A stretch of DNA of 64,000 nt, taken from positions 118,854,001 to 118,918,000 of the forward strand of contig OZ024740.1 of assembly GCA_964016885.1 (NCBI GenBank), read 5' to 3'. Positions 25,454 to 38,696 of the stretch are shown piece by piece (the first letter of the stretch is position 1; the number at the start of each line of letters is the position of its first letter). Both the position numbers and the translations under genes were made by a program. This stretch comes from Eledone cirrhosa. Taxonomy: Eukaryota. Under the pieces are notes generated by a model. That model was not told where the DNA came from and did not search any database. It saw only the letters and a program-made list of their open reading frames with translations.

Positions 25454-25807
25454 AATGAGGTCAAAGTTAAAGTAAGTTGATTTATCCGAAAACTTGGATA
25501 TGCTATTGTTACAAAGCAAACTAACAATTTTTTTATTTGTAGTTGCAGTCTGACTGCAATTCACTTATCCATTTGTTGTATATATTTTACCATTTACTAA
25601 TAAATATACCCTCTTACGGACATCAAGTTAGATATCAACATTTATTCTGTCTGTTTGAATAAAAGGAAAATTGGAAAGCTTTGAAATGATATAATTGCCA
25701 TTTTCTTCCAGATAAGACCACTCTTTGGATAGACAGAGTTGCACTTGTATAAATGTTCAAAATAGCTGGTATCGCCTGGTGGGAATATAACAAATTCAAC
25801 TGGTCCT

Positions 25808-26075
25808 TCAGCAGCACCGTTTTACATCCGTTCTTCCATGCTAGCATGGGTTAGACGGGTTGTCCTGTTGTGGGCAGTGTCCGGTCGGCTGATTTTGTCT
25901 TGGTCATACGGGAACTGATTCTGGCTTGATTTCTACAGCTGGATGCCCTTCCTAACACCAACCTCATTTACAGTGAGTGCTGAGTGCTTTTTTTCCGTGG
26001 CGACTACACGTCTACTTTTACAGTGTGGACTGGGTGTTTTTTTTGCCGTGGCACCTCCACGACCACTTTGCAGTA
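25808..26075 (-). mobile_element. RTE family B 3' end nested in the hAT
   Basis: Reverse complement of 32850-33115. Confidence 0.85.
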
Positions 26076-26094
26076 GAATGATAGGAACCACAGC

Positions 26095-26243
26095 ATTATC
26101 ATCTCATTTCTACAGCTGAGTAAACTGGAGCAATGTGAAATAAAGTGTCTTGCTCAAGGAAACAACACATCACCCGGTCCGAGAATTGAACTCACAACCT
26201 TTCGATTGCAAGCCCAATGCTCTAACCACTAAGCCATGCGCCT
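26095..26243 (-). mobile_element. tRNA-SINE family 2 (CORE-like)
   Basis: A/B-box head plus CCTTGAGCAAGACACTTTATTTCACATTGCTCCAGTTTACTCAGCTG core; homologue at 37048. Confidence 0.85.
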
Positions 26244-26881
26244 TACTTATTCATAACAAAGAACATTTATGTTCCTTTTTTTGAAATTTATATATTTCCT
26301 TTCAAGAATGTATTTATACTCTCAGCTGCCTGCAACGGTATCTTTGGAATATTGTTAATCAATTTTTTAGTAATCGACTGATATCAAAATCAGTAGTATA
26401 TTGAAAAATGGAAAAATAGAGTAGGAGGGCGTTTCGTGATTTTTAGGCGTTTGGCCTAAATGGGTTGAGAACCTGTGATCTAGATTACTCAATTATTGTT
26501 GATATCTACCCCTCATTGCTTAGATCAAAATCTTTCTATCAACACAATCTTAAATATCACTTTTCTTCCATGAACAATTCATTAATGGGCTCATAAAAAT
26601 CTAGTTCCGAGTACCAGCACAAAGACAATAATTATACATATCAAAGCAAAACTTTGTATTTCACTCAAGTCATAAACAACACAGTAATAAATCTTTTAAG
26701 TTGATTCAGATTCTAGGCCTTACAATCTCTTACTATATACTATAATAATCCCTACGTATGTGAGTGATATCATCAAAACCACATCACAAAAATCAAGATT
26801 TATCTTTCAACCCAAGAAATACTTCAGTTCTGAAGTAAGGTTCATGTGTATGAGATAATGTTGCTGATGCATACCCAACAG

Positions 26882-26918
26882 GTATCTGACATTGCTTCCA
26901 AAAGAAAGCTATTTGAGG
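26882..26918 (+). CDS. Putative host exon C (YLTLLPKESYLR), phase 2-0
   Basis: Acceptor gctgatgcatacccaacAG, donor AGG|GTTTGT. Confidence 0.4.
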
Positions 26919-27659
26919 GTTTGTCAATGTTTCACTTATTTATATGCTTCAATTATTAAGCCATATATGTGCAGTGTCCTCTCTTTCTTCTTTCAGTCAC
27001 TACTGCACACCTTAGCTGCATGCTGTTTTCCTTCCAGGTCCATTTTATGCCACAATTTCACCTCTTTCACTCACCATCTCCATGTTCTGTTACCTATACA
27101 ACACATAGGACACCACAGATAATCCCTCTTCATCCTCAGACCTCCAACATTCTTAAATTCCTTCATTGCTCATGCTTTTCTTGTAAACCATGCTGAACAT
27201 CTACTACAACTATTACATTAGTTTGAATGGGCCAGTGAATATTACATGCAGTGTCCATCCTTCCTGACCAGCTTACAAAAAGAGTTTTATGACATATTTC
27301 AATAAAATATTCCCATCTTTAGAAGAACATATCCAGTCCCAAACCAGGAGAAAATATCCGTGTGACGTGAAAAGATGCATTAGTTGTTTAAATCCTTACA
27401 TACATCATCATTTTATGCATATGGTTGTTAGGAGCACTTATGTAAGCCAGATTTTATATAGTGATTCACCTAAAAAATACAATTCACTCATCTCCCATTG
27501 TGTCCTTCAAAGAGGTTTTAAGCTTAACATGGCAAGGCAACAAACACCTATCAATGTTTATAGTGTTGTTCATGAGTCAGTTTTAATGTGATTGCTCGAC
27601 TCTCTAGTAATAGCAGCCAAATTCTCCTATCATGATAAATAGAAGGGCATATGTTTTAA

Positions 27660-27848
27660 ATAATTGTTTCAACTTTAGGCACAAGGCCAGCAATTACCCA
27701 GTGCATTACTGGTACTTTATTTTATCGACCCCATAAGGGTGAAAGGCAAAGTCAACCTCGGCCGGATTTGAACTCAGACCGTAAAGGGACATAACTATGC
27801 TCGAAAACATGGCGTCCGACCCTCTACCGATACTGCCAATCCACCGCC
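27660..27848 (-). mobile_element. tRNA-SINE family 1, full length
   Basis: 13-bp TSD TGTTTTAAATAAT (27652-27664, 27849-27861). Confidence 0.92.
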
Positions 27849-27938
27849 TGTTTTAAATAATGCCGTCTCAGATACCACTACTAGCAAAACTAAAGATGAG
27901 ATAGTCAAATTTTTGATTATTATTAAGGTTGTCTATCA

Positions 27939-28103
27939 TGGTGGATTGGCAGTATTGGTAGAGGGTTGGAAGCCATTGTTTTCAGCATAGAGTTACAGCC
28001 CTTTATGGTCTGATTTCAAATCTTGCCATGGTTAACTTTGCCTTTTATCCTTACAGGGTTGACAAAATAAAGCACCAGTAATGCAAAAGTAGAAACAATT
28101 ATT
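27939..28103 (+). mobile_element. tRNA-SINE family 1, diverged copy
   Basis: Reverse-complement homologue of 27660-27848. Confidence 0.85.
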
Positions 28104-28823
28104 AAGGTTGATATAATAGCATCAACAAACCATATCACTCTCTAGTGTTTATCTAAAGCTGAGTAAATTGGGTCTTTTATAGTTAAAAGTCTTGTTTTTG
28201 AAATATCATAGTAGCAGCAAGGGTCTATGGACTGTCAAGCACTTAGCTATTAAGCCATTTAGCCTATAACTCAACCACCCACAATATCCATATTTTCTCA
28301 CCCATCTATAATGTGTATCCTTTGTATATATATATCTTTTCACAAGTTGATATGTTTCTTAGATTCAGTTGTCAATAGAGTTAAATACAAGTCCATTGAG
28401 ACAAGAAAGCAACAACTTAACGAATCATCTGTTTTCATAAATATATCATTATATTTATATATAAAACTAGTGAGATAAGATTCCAGATATCTGCTTCATG
28501 AATTGCTAATTCAGTTTAGTTTCATTGGCAGCCATCCAAATATTTTACTTCAGGCATCTAACAAAAGGAACTATTTTTCTCTTTCCTGTTATGACATAAA
28601 TTGACAGAACTGGGACAAATGCTTTTGACTCCCTACTTCGTTGGTGTGTCGACAACCTGCAAAGTCCAGTATTAAATTTAGAGCCCTAGTCACAATATTT
28701 GTTGATAGAATATTTAAAACTATTTACTATGATCATTACAAAACACAACAGTGCAAAAACAAAAAGAATTTATTAAATGATTCTTATTAGGAATACAATT
28801 CCACCCCCTCTCTCTCTATATAT

Positions 28824-30172
28824 ATCATCATCATCATCATCATCATCGTTTAACGTCCATCTTCCACGCTAGCATGGGTTTGGACGGGAATTTTCCCACT
28901 TGAGGCAAGATTGGTTGTCTTGCCCGTATAGGACTGTCAGGCGGGTTTTCTATGGCTGGATGCCTTCTTAACACCAACCACGTTTACAGTGTGGACTGGG
29001 AGGTTTTTACCGTGTTACCTACACGACCACATTACAGCGTGGACTGTGTGTGTTTTTGTCGTGACACCTACACGACCTCATTTGTTTCGGACTGGATGTT
29101 GTGGTACCAACATAACTTTACATTGGAAGTGGGTGGTGTGAATGGGGTAGGGGTAGTGGGGCCGGGATGTATTTTTGTTAGAGGTGCCTACTAACTGTAG
29201 GTTTTACTTTGTACTTAGGCAAGGCGGGTCTTCTGTATTACTGTGTAGAGCCAAAGATCTCGGTCCAGTGACATTGTCTTGGAGAGGTGTAAGTGTGTGA
29301 GGTCGGAATTTATCAAGTCGTCCCAGGTTTTTCTGGGTCTGCCTACTCCGAGGCTACCATTTATTTTTATCGCCCTGCACTTTTTTATACAGCTGTCGTC
29401 TTTCATGCGCATCACGTGACCGTACCAACGTAGTCTTCTCTCGAGTAAACAGCATCTGATCCCTCTTATTCCTAATTTCTCCCTTAGTTCGTTAATGCTT
29501 TGCCGTTCACGTATATTATTATTATACATCCAGCGGAGAATGCAAGCTTCGTTTCTCTCCAGTCTGCGTATATCCTCTGCACACAATGCCCAGGTCTCAC
29601 TGCCATGCAACATTGCTATTTGTATGCAGGCATCATACAGTCTGCCTTTCATTTTTAGAGAGAACCCTTTAGCGGCCACTAGTGGTATAAGCTCTCTGAA
29701 CTTTTTCCATCCAGTTCTGACTCTAACTACTGTACTTTCAGAGCACCCTCCACCACTGCTGATTTTGTCACCCAGGTAATGGAAGGTGTCCACTGTTTCT
29801 ATAGAACCATCTGTGCAATGGAATGAGCTAGTATTCGGTGGGCACTTGCTGCTACTTATTGCACCAGAGCACCGGCCACATATAACATCTATATTCTTAG
29901 TTAGCTTACCTGTGATCCCACTACGTCTTTTATGCACCCATACTTTGCATTTGGGACATAAAATGGAGTTTCTGCCTACTCCTTTCCTACACACTGAGCA
30001 TGGCTATTTCCCAGATGGGACTGGTGCCCTATTTTCCTTCCTACAAACTAGAACTTTAGTCTTAGACAGGTTAATTTTAAGGCCTTTTGATTCTAGGCCA
30101 TGCTTCCATATTTGGAATTTCTTCTCTAGTTCGGCCATTGATTCAGCTATGAGTGTTAGATCATCTGCGTAT
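28824..30172 (-). mobile_element. 5'-truncated RTE LINE, family B
   Basis: Starts at YADD; PHD-like finger, FHYLG, GRPRKTW, long 3'UTR, (TGA)n tail. Confidence 0.93.
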
Positions 30173-30391
30173 CATCATCTCTCTCTCTCTATATATATAT
30201 TTGTGTGTGTGTGTGTGTGTGTGTCTGTGTTGGGAGGGTGCATCATCTTCATCATCATCAATACACACATACATTCACACTTACATATAAGGATGAAGCT
30301 GAGCCTACATACAGGTAAAACTTTGAAATATTTTACACCCAATGATATCAAATATAACTATATGACTCTACACTTTATGAGTTCTATATCA

Positions 30392-30584
30392 AATAATTGT
30401 TTCTACTTTGGGCACACGGCCAGCAATTATCTCAGTGCATTACTGGTACTTTATTTTATCGACCACGTAAGGATGAAAGGCAAAGTTAACCTCGGTGGGA
30501 TTTGAACTTAGAATGGCAAGGGCCGTAACTCTATGTGTCAAAGCATGGCATCCGACACTCTACCGATACTGCCAACCCACCGCC
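30392..30584 (-). mobile_element. tRNA-SINE family 1, full length
   Basis: Homologous to 10289-10476; TSD-like CTATAT(C/T)AAATAAT. Confidence 0.9.
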
Positions 30585-30654
30585 CTATATTAAATAATGT
30601 TCTACTAATGTATTGCATAAAATATTAAATGATACAGTTCTACAACATTACTAT

Positions 30655-31746
30655 ATCATGATCCTTCATCATCGTTATTTTATGTCTGGTTTTCCCTGCT
30701 CGCAAGGGTGGGACGGGTCCTATTCAGCACAGCATCTCTCGACTTGTCACGGTCCTTCGTCATCTCCACTACGAGCTTCAGCGATCTGAGGTCTGCTCTC
30801 ACCACCTCCGCCCATGTTTTTTGTGGTCTACCTCTGCCACGTCTTCCTTCAACTGGCATTTCCTGACACTTCTGCACCCATCGGTCATCCTCCATGCGCA
30901 TCACATGTCAATACCATCGCAGTCTCCTCTCTCGCATACTACAATCTATCCCTCTCAGACACAGTTTCTCTATCAACACATCCATGCTCGGTCGTTCATG
31001 CACATTGACATTGCACATCCAACGGAACATGTTTGACTCATTTCTCTCCAGCTGTCGCATATCTTCTGCAGCTGCTGCCCATGTCTCACTACCATGCAGC
31101 ATCGCGCTCCTCACACAGGCATCATATAACCAGCCTTTCATATGCAGGGAGAAACCCTTCTTCGCCAGCAGAGGAAGCAGCTCCCTAAACTTCATTCAAG
31201 CCGTACTTATTCTAGATACTATGGCCTTGGAACCCCCATGCTAATCTGATCTTCTAGGTACCGGAAGCTATCAACCACTTCTATAGCACCCACCTGCATT
31301 TGAAAAATGTGTCTATCAATATAACTTCTACTGCCTAATTTCCCTGTACATCTACTGAATACGTATTTCTCACTACCTGTTAGTTTGCCTGCTCTCCCAC
31401 TACATCTCTTGTGCACCAAAGATCTGCATTGTATGCATTTTATAAAATTTATGCCAGTTCCTTTTCTGCATATCGAACATGGCTATTTCCCTGACGCAAT
31501 CAGAGTTTTGTCCTCTTTTCTACACATCAACACTTTTGTCTTAGCTAGGTTCAGAATTTATTCTCTAGCTCTTCTACTGTTTCTGCTATAAGAACCAAAT
31601 CATCAGCATAGAGAAGTTTCCAATCTTAAACACCTCTGTTATGGCTTGGAGGACTATAATGAACAAGAGCTGGTTCTGGAATTCCTCACTAAACTCTATT
31701 CCTACCCTCACTTTACTGAAAGCACCTCCGTACAAAGTTTGCACTG
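30655..31746 (-). mobile_element. 5'-truncated RTE LINE, family A
   Basis: Reverse-complement homologue of 15345-16490. Confidence 0.93.
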
Positions 31747-31877
31747 ATAATTTCTCATGAATAAAATAGTTCTCGTCCTGTAGAAGCTATTCTATATTAA
31801 ACATTTATACTCTCCTTTGTATTGAGTACCTTACTTACTGTGGTTACCCTTGATTGAACCTGGGATAACATATATAT

Positions 31878-32597
31878 CTTCGTTTAACGTCCATTTTCCA
31901 TGCTAGCATGGGTTAGATGGAAGTTGTCCCACTTGAGGCAAGGCTGGTCGGGTGACCGTGGCTCGCTCATATAGGACTATCTGGCAGGTTTTCTATAGCG
32001 GGATGCCTTTCCTAACACCAACCACATTTACAGTGTGGAACTGGGAACTTTTTACCGTGTTACCTAGACGGCCACAATACAGGGTGGACTGTGTGTGTTT
32101 TTTTGTCGTGACACCTACACGATCTCGATCTCATTTTCTCGTGCTGTTGGGAGGATTGGGGTGTATATTTGGTGAAGAGGTGCCCTACTGACTGTAGGTT
32201 TCGCTTTGTACATAGGCGGGTCTTCTGTATTACTGCGTAGCGCCAAAGATTCGGTCCAGAGACATTGTCTTAGAGAGATGTAAGTGTGTGAGGTTGGAAT
32301 TTATCAGATCATCCCAGGTTTTTCTGGGTCTACCTTCTCCGTAACTACCATCAATTTTGAACGCCCTGCACTTTTTTATACAGCTGTCGTCTTTTATGCG
32401 CATCACGTGACCATACCAACGTAGTCTTCTCCCAAGTAAACTGCATCAGATCCCTCTTATTCCTAATTTCTCACTTAGTTTATTTATGCTTTGCCGTTCA
32501 CGTATATTACTATTACACATCCAACGGAGCATGCATGCTTCGTTCCTTTCCAGTCTACGCAGGTCCTCTGCACGTAATGCCCATGTCTCACTGCCAT
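31878..32597 (-). mobile_element. 5'-truncated RTE LINE, family B variant
   Basis: GSETWALRAEDLRRLERNEACMLRWMC plus family B 3'UTR. Confidence 0.9.
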
Positions 32598-32611
32598 ATA
32601 TATATGTGTGT

Positions 32612-33118
32612 ATGAAGGATGCCAGCTGCATAAAAAGGTGCAGAGCACTAGAAGTCGATGGAAGCCGTGCAATGGGGAGACCCAAGATGACCTCGGATGA
32701 GATGATAAAAGCCGACCTTACCCAATTGCACCTCTCAAAGGCGATGACACATGACCGTAACCTCTGGCGTCACGCAGTAATACAGAAGACCTGACTCCCC
32801 ACGGGTACAAGCCGAAGCTGAAGCATATAGACGATATGGCCCAACCCCCTCCCACTGCAAAGTGGTCGTGGAGGCGCCACGGCAAAAAGCACTCAGCCCA
32901 CACTGTAAAGTGGACATGTAGGCGCCACGGGTAAAAAGCAGCCAGCACTCACTGTAAATGAAGTTGGTGATAGGAAAGGCATCCAGCTGTAGAAATCAAG
33001 CCAGAATCAGTTCCCGTATAAGCAAGACACAGTCAGCCAACCGGACAGTGCCCACAAAAGGGAACCCCGTCTAACCCATGCCATCGTGGAAGAACGGCCG
33101 TAAAATGGTGATGATGAT
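32612..33118 (+). mobile_element. 5'-truncated RTE LINE, family B variant
   Basis: MKDASCIKRC..GRPK..DRNLWR, 3'UTR and TGATGA tail. Confidence 0.9.
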
Positions 33119-33144
33119 ATATAATATATATATATATATATATG

Positions 33145-33542
33145 TATATTGGTAAACGGAATAGAAAATGCTGACAAATTGTTCACAGTTGAAAAATGGT
33201 TTAATTAGAATAAAAGAGTATTAGTGATTGTATGGGTTAGTATTCAGTTGTGGTTTTAAGTTTTTAAGTTTTTACCGGTTGCGCATTTCTAAATGCTTTT
33301 CAAAAATAATTTTGAGATAGAGTGTCCGTGCTGTTTGCCCAGATCAGAGCAAACAGCACGGACACTCTATCTCAAAATTATTTTTGAAAAGCATTTAGAA
33401 ATGCGCAACCGGTAAAAACTTAAAAACTTAAAACCACAACTGAATACTAACCCATACAATCACTAATACTCTTTTATTCTAATTAAACCATTTTTCAACT
33501 GTGAACAATTTGTCAGCATTTTCTATTCCGTTTACCAATATA
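33145..33542. repeat. 398-bp palindrome (194-bp arms, 10-nt spacer)
   Basis: 33145-33338 is the reverse complement of 33349-33542 with no mismatch seen by eye. Confidence 0.96.
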
Positions 33543-33573
33543 TAATAACTTGTGTGTTACACCTCTATTCTTT

Positions 33574-33654
<81 letters not shown>

Positions 33655-33656
<2 letters not shown>

Positions 33657-33740
33657 GATATATATACAACCGTACGAACGTGCATGCGCAGAAACGATCA
33701 CTTCGCACAGGCAATACGATATTACCTTCCAGTGTTCTAC

Positions 33741-33743
<3 letters not shown>
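33655..33743. mobile_element. Tiny inverted-junction relic of the 6997-7682 PLE family
   Basis: Matches 7170-7207 forward and 6999-7022 in reverse; embedded in (TA)n. Confidence 0.7.
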
Positions 33744-33777
<34 letters not shown>

Positions 33778-33778
<1 letters not shown>

Positions 33779-36556
33779 AGGGAGTGTAACTTGGAGTTAC
33801 AGTAGGTTCACCCGGGTGAGCACTCGATGTTTAGGTTCACTTCTGTGTTGAGGTGTAGAGCTAGACAGAGTGTATTATAGTGAAATACGATAAAAAGAAC
33901 GATTACGTTTATTGGTTGGTGGCGTGCGTTTCGCCACTGATCAGCTCAAGGTTCGATCTGTATCGATCTGACCCGACTCTGTAATCCGCGGCTAGTCAGA
34001 CCCCTTGTAATGTTAATGGAAAAATGAATAAATTCTCTATGATAAAGTCATAACTTCTTATGGTGGTCAGTAAAGTTTGTTTTGATTGGTGGATTAATTC
34101 ATAGGGATATTTTTGCCTGTAATGTATTGTGGTTGTGGATTGTTAAGGGGGCTCAATTCCATAAGGAGATACATATATAGACACACTTAGTCTAACACAT
34201 ACATTGTATACATACACATGTGTATATATAGCCAGTGGTGATGGCAGTTGTACAAACACACTTAGACACATATACACACACATGTTGTTTAGGGAGGGAT
34301 GATAGGCGTGGTATGTGTTGGTGATATTGATGGCTGTGGAAGTATGGCAATGTGCTTGGTGGTAGTGGTGGTGGTGGTGATGGGTGCGACATGATATTTA
34401 CAGGATCGAATTTTACGATGGATTACAGGTTACAAGGTGACAGATGGCGACAGAGGGAACACGGAGAAAACAAAGGTACTGAAATGAGAGATGGTGGATG
34501 TATGGCGATGTGTTTGGTGGTGGTGGGGGTGATTTGTTCAACATGATATTTACAGGATCGGATGTTACCATGTGTTACAAGTTAAAACCTGACAGAGAAG
34601 GCACATAGAACACAATGGTACTGTGTTTGGTGGTGGTGGCGGTGATGGGTGCGACATTATATTTACAACATCTGATCTTACAATGGGCTACATGTTAGAG
34701 AAGACAAAGGTACTGAGATGAGGGACGGTGTGGCAAAGCAAAGATGGTTATCCCTATTTTGAGTCAGAGTTAGTGGCTGGCCCTCGGCCAAAATGTTTGT
34801 GCAGAGAGGGTGGTCATCCTGGTGTCTCTGCAGTTTATTATTATGTCAGATCTGGAGTTTATGGCTGATTTCAATGTAATGATCTCAGCCGCCTCGGCCA
34901 GGCATAAACTGCAGTGGTTTCGATCATTGGGGAGTTGGGCCATGCGTCTTTTAACTGACCATTTGATCTGGTATTCCATGTTCTTGTCCCAGATCAAGTC
35001 CGCCAGTCTTGTTTGGGATCGTTTGGGCCTGTGTTTGAAGGAGCTTTTGTGGTTATACCAGCACTCCTCAAACGGAGTCGAGGTCGTCCCTATGTAGGAG
35101 TACTCTTTTCGGCCAGCTGTGACATCGCACCAGTAAATAATATTTTTAACGAGGCACTCTCCATTCAATGGGCATTCTACCCGCTTTTTGCAGTTGCAGT
35201 TGGGGGATATGGGTTTGTTGCTACATTGCTGCTGTTCGTATTCTGTGCGGAGCTGGCACGTAGGTTGTTGTGTTGTGTTGTCTGTGTGGTTTCGTTTTGG
35301 GTTGTGCTAGTGGTTGGTTGTGGTGCTATCATATGTTTGCGTATTTTTGTCCTATTTGTGTGTGCTATCGTGTTGCCTAGATTTGGTGTTGTGGAGAAGG
35401 AGAATTTGACAGTGCGTCTATTGAAGAGCTTGTGGTATTTATGCGTGGGTGGGAAGGATTGTTCCAGAGCTTTGAAGATGGTTCACGGTATATTGCTGGC
35501 AACATGTATAGAGTACGTGGCGTTGTACCATGTCACGGGTCTGCTTCGGGCTTTACGGTGTTTAGTGTGGTTGTTGTAGTCTGGTGGTTGCGTGGGTGCG
35601 TTTTGGTCATGCGTATTTGTCATGGTTTTTCCTGCTATTCTATTGCCGTTAAGTCTCAGGTCTCTATTACTTCGTAGTCATATGCGATATACAAAGTCCT
35701 TACTGTGGTTGGAGAGTATAGCTTTATCTCCTTGGCAGTTGTATGTAACGCTCTCTTGTCCTGCCAGTTAAGGGTGGTCTTTGCTTAGTATTTGTTCTAG
35801 GTGGGTGTCCTCGTCTATTTGCGTTTCTAAGGGTCTGTTTGGGTTTAGCGGCGTTGCGCTTCTGGTTTGGTCATTGTAAGCTATCTTCTCATTGTACCCA
35901 GCCTTTTCAAGTGCGGAGTTATAGTATTCTGAGTGCTGGTTGATGATAGTTCTGTTTGCCAACAGGGTGGACACTCTGTGGGAAACACTTTTAACTATGG
36001 GGTTAATTATGCTCCTAGGGTGGTTGGAGTATCTGTTGACATATTTCAAGTTTTCGTTGGGTTTATGATATGGGCAGTAGAGACCTGTGTCTAATTCTAA
36101 CGTGATATCTAAGAAGTTTACTGTCCTACTGTTGGGTTCTATTTCTACTGCTAAGCGTTGTGTCTTAATGATATATCTAAGTCATTTGTGTAGTCTATCT
36201 AATTGGCTATTATTGAGTCTGCGGGCCTGGAGTAGGGCGTTGTCACGGTACAAGCCTCACACATGCTGGGGATCTCGTCCGTTATTATATTTAGGAGGTA
36301 TTGGCCTACTACATCACTAACCTGTGCGGAGTCACTCGACCCAACATACACTACAGGCAAAAACATGCTTATAAATTAATTCACCAATCAAAACAAACTT
36401 TACTGACCACCATAGGACTTCTGACTTTATCATACAGCATATATTAATTTTCCATTAACATCACAAGGGGTCTGACGAGCCGCAGATTACAGAATCGGGT
36501 CAGATTGGTACAGCTGATCAGTGGCGAAACGCGCGTCACCAACCAATAAACGTAAT
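33778..36556 (-). mobile_element. 5'-truncated Penelope-like element (Naiad-type) with inverted pseudo-LTR
   Basis: RT end (GLYRDN, VNFLDITL, PYHKPN, YSNHP), linker (WYNATYS, FPPTHKYHKLFNRRTVK), CNCKKRVECPLNGECL and GIY-YIG (NIIY..YIGTT..CSLC); inverted repeat 33902-34103 / 36370-36556. Confidence 0.92.
36469..36540 (+). ncRNA. Type I hammerhead ribozyme motif
   Basis: ggt-CTGACGA-gccgc..gtggc-GAAA-cgcgcg-TC-acc; canonical core, palindromic helix III. Confidence 0.85.
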
Positions 36557-37047
36557 GAAGGAGTAACCAATTGTCCTTTGTAAAGTATATTATCACATAT
36601 GTGTCATTACAATCTCTGGCTTACAATTGCAATGTTATGAATCTAAACCCATTCGAATCTCATCTCATAATGTCTTTCTGTGATTTTCTCCGTTTTTCTC
36701 TTTTGCAAGAAGTTTCCATTGACAGCCCATTGTATCTTTCACAGACAACAACAACTATACTAGTGTAGACAACCTTCTGGTATGCATTGATTGCTATATA
36801 AAATGTCTAGCGACTCATATAACTAACATAGTCATTGACACAAACTGATTATACATAGACAAACATACATACATACACACTCATGATATTGTTGCATCCC
36901 TTTACTAATGTTGCAATTATATCCATGCTTAGATATCACTACACTTTCATCATAGTCCTTTTTTATATACTGGTAATTGGCAGGGGAGAATGTTTGTGGC
37001 TGTAGCTCTCATTTTCACCTACTGATATACAAGTGATCTAAGTAAAG

Positions 37048-37350
37048 GTGGTATGGCTTATGGATTGGTGTATTGGGTTTCCAATTGTGTGGTTGTGAGT
37101 TCAATTCCTGGACCGGACAGTGAATTGTGACCTTCAGCAAGACACTTTATTTCATGTTGCTCCGGTTCACTCAACTGTAGAAATGAGTTGTGATATCACT
37201 GGTGCCAAACTGTATTGGCCATTGCTTTGGCATGAAGAGGCTAGACCTGTATGCATGAGTGACTGCTGGTATTCTACAAACAACCTTGCTTGGTCTTGTG
37301 CCTCAGAGAGTGTACTATCTAGGTGAAAATCCCATGATCATTCATGACTG
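37048..37350 (+). mobile_element. tRNA-SINE family 2 (CORE-like), diverged
   Basis: GAGTTCAATTCC B box plus core homologous to 26095-26243. Confidence 0.75.
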
Positions 37351-37517
37351 AAGTGGGTATTTATCTGGATCTAAGCCATTAATACAATTAATTCATCTAT
37401 TTATTCATTCATTCTTTGCAGATACCCTATGTTCTGTGAAAAATAATTAAATAATTGTTGTCTTGTGTGTCTGAAACTGCTGTAGTACTTTCTGAAATAT
37501 ATTACTTTCACTTGCAG

Positions 37518-37550
37518 TTCTATGCATTGCCACTCAATTCTCTTATTGAT
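37518..37550 (+). CDS. Putative host exon D (FYALPLNSLID), phase 0-0
   Basis: Acceptor attactttcacttgcAG, donor GAT|GTAATG. Confidence 0.45.
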
Positions 37551-38492
37551 GTAATGTTCCATTTCAAAGTTTATTAACTGTTGATTCACTATTGTGCTCA
37601 CTTATATGATTACATAAGTGGCAAATTGATAGAATTATTTGAATGTCATATAGAATGCTTTGAAGCATTCATTCCGGATCTCTACTCATTCAGTTCACAT
37701 CCTGCTGAGGTCAAATTTCCCTTTCAACCATTCGCATTTGATAAAAACAACCAATCAAGTACTGGGGTCAATTCTTCCTCTATATCTCTTTCTCACATCC
37801 ACTTTCTCACTCTCTATCCTTCTCTGAAAGAAACCTGATGTATTCAGACCTGGAGAGGAGATGGGATCTACTAGGTTTTAAAATGCCTGAGAAACACCAT
37901 ATGTAACCATTGGGCTCCTGTAACACCCTCGGGAGTTATGCGATCATGCATGCATACTATTACATAGTCTTCTCAATTGCTTCAGGAACTATATGCAGCT
38001 TCAACACTAAATGCCATTTTATTAATTCCAACAAATGTATGCCACTTAATTCAAAACTTGACATGTTCAGGTGTTATAGTAGAAGTAATTGAAACATCTG
38101 AAACTCGATGTTGTAAGTTGTCTGGTTGGTTCTTGTTGAACCAACCAGAATATTTTATTGTACACATCATAACAATGGTAACATGCAATGCTTATATTTA
38201 AATTTTGGAAATAATGGTCATTTTCTGGGAAAATAGTCATTTGACTTGAGAAGAAAGGTAGTTAAATTGCACTGAAATTACCCCTTACTATCCTATATAA
38301 ATGCAATACAAGTTAGATAATGTAATACTACATAAGAAATGGAATGGTTTAGTTATAGCTTGAATTAACTAACATCTAACTGTTTATAGAAGATTTCAGA
38401 AGTAACTAGTAACAAAAACTACAACAAATACCAAAGGGAAGAGAATTCTTATAGATGTATACATATATATATGTATATATATATATAGAGAG

Positions 38493-38696
38493 AGGTAGAA
38501 CACTGAAAGGTAATATCCGTAGTGGTAGAGCACTCAGTCCATGGGACAAGTTTGGTTTGTATTGCTTGGATGAAGTGTCCATTTCTGCGCATGTGCATTG
38601 TTCTTCCTGTTCTGTATAACTATTACCAGTCCAAGCTGAAAATCCGCATAAGGTGAAACAATTGTTCTCGGTATGGTGAACTAACTGTTGTGTTAC

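Larger units (their letters stand above)
23593..26477 (+). mobile_element. hAT transposon, Charlie/Buster (ZBED5/8-like) group, internally deleted
   Basis: TIRs CAAAGGTTCTCAAC / GTTGAGAACCTGTG; imperfect 8-bp TSD ATCTTCAT / ATCTAGAT. Confidence 0.88.

Noticed and set aside
26170-26243. tRNA gene
   Set aside because: tRNA-derived SINE head fused to a repeat core; no full cloverleaf
28607-28668. Additional + exon (TGTNAFDSLLRWCVDNLQ)
   Set aside because: Weak splice sites and its start phase does not fit between exons C and D
34770-36260. Selenocysteine recoding as reported for some Naiad elements
   Set aside because: In-frame TGAs (near 35487 and 36183) are not at conserved Cys positions and fit CGA decay; Cys motifs use Cys codons; no SECIS recognised
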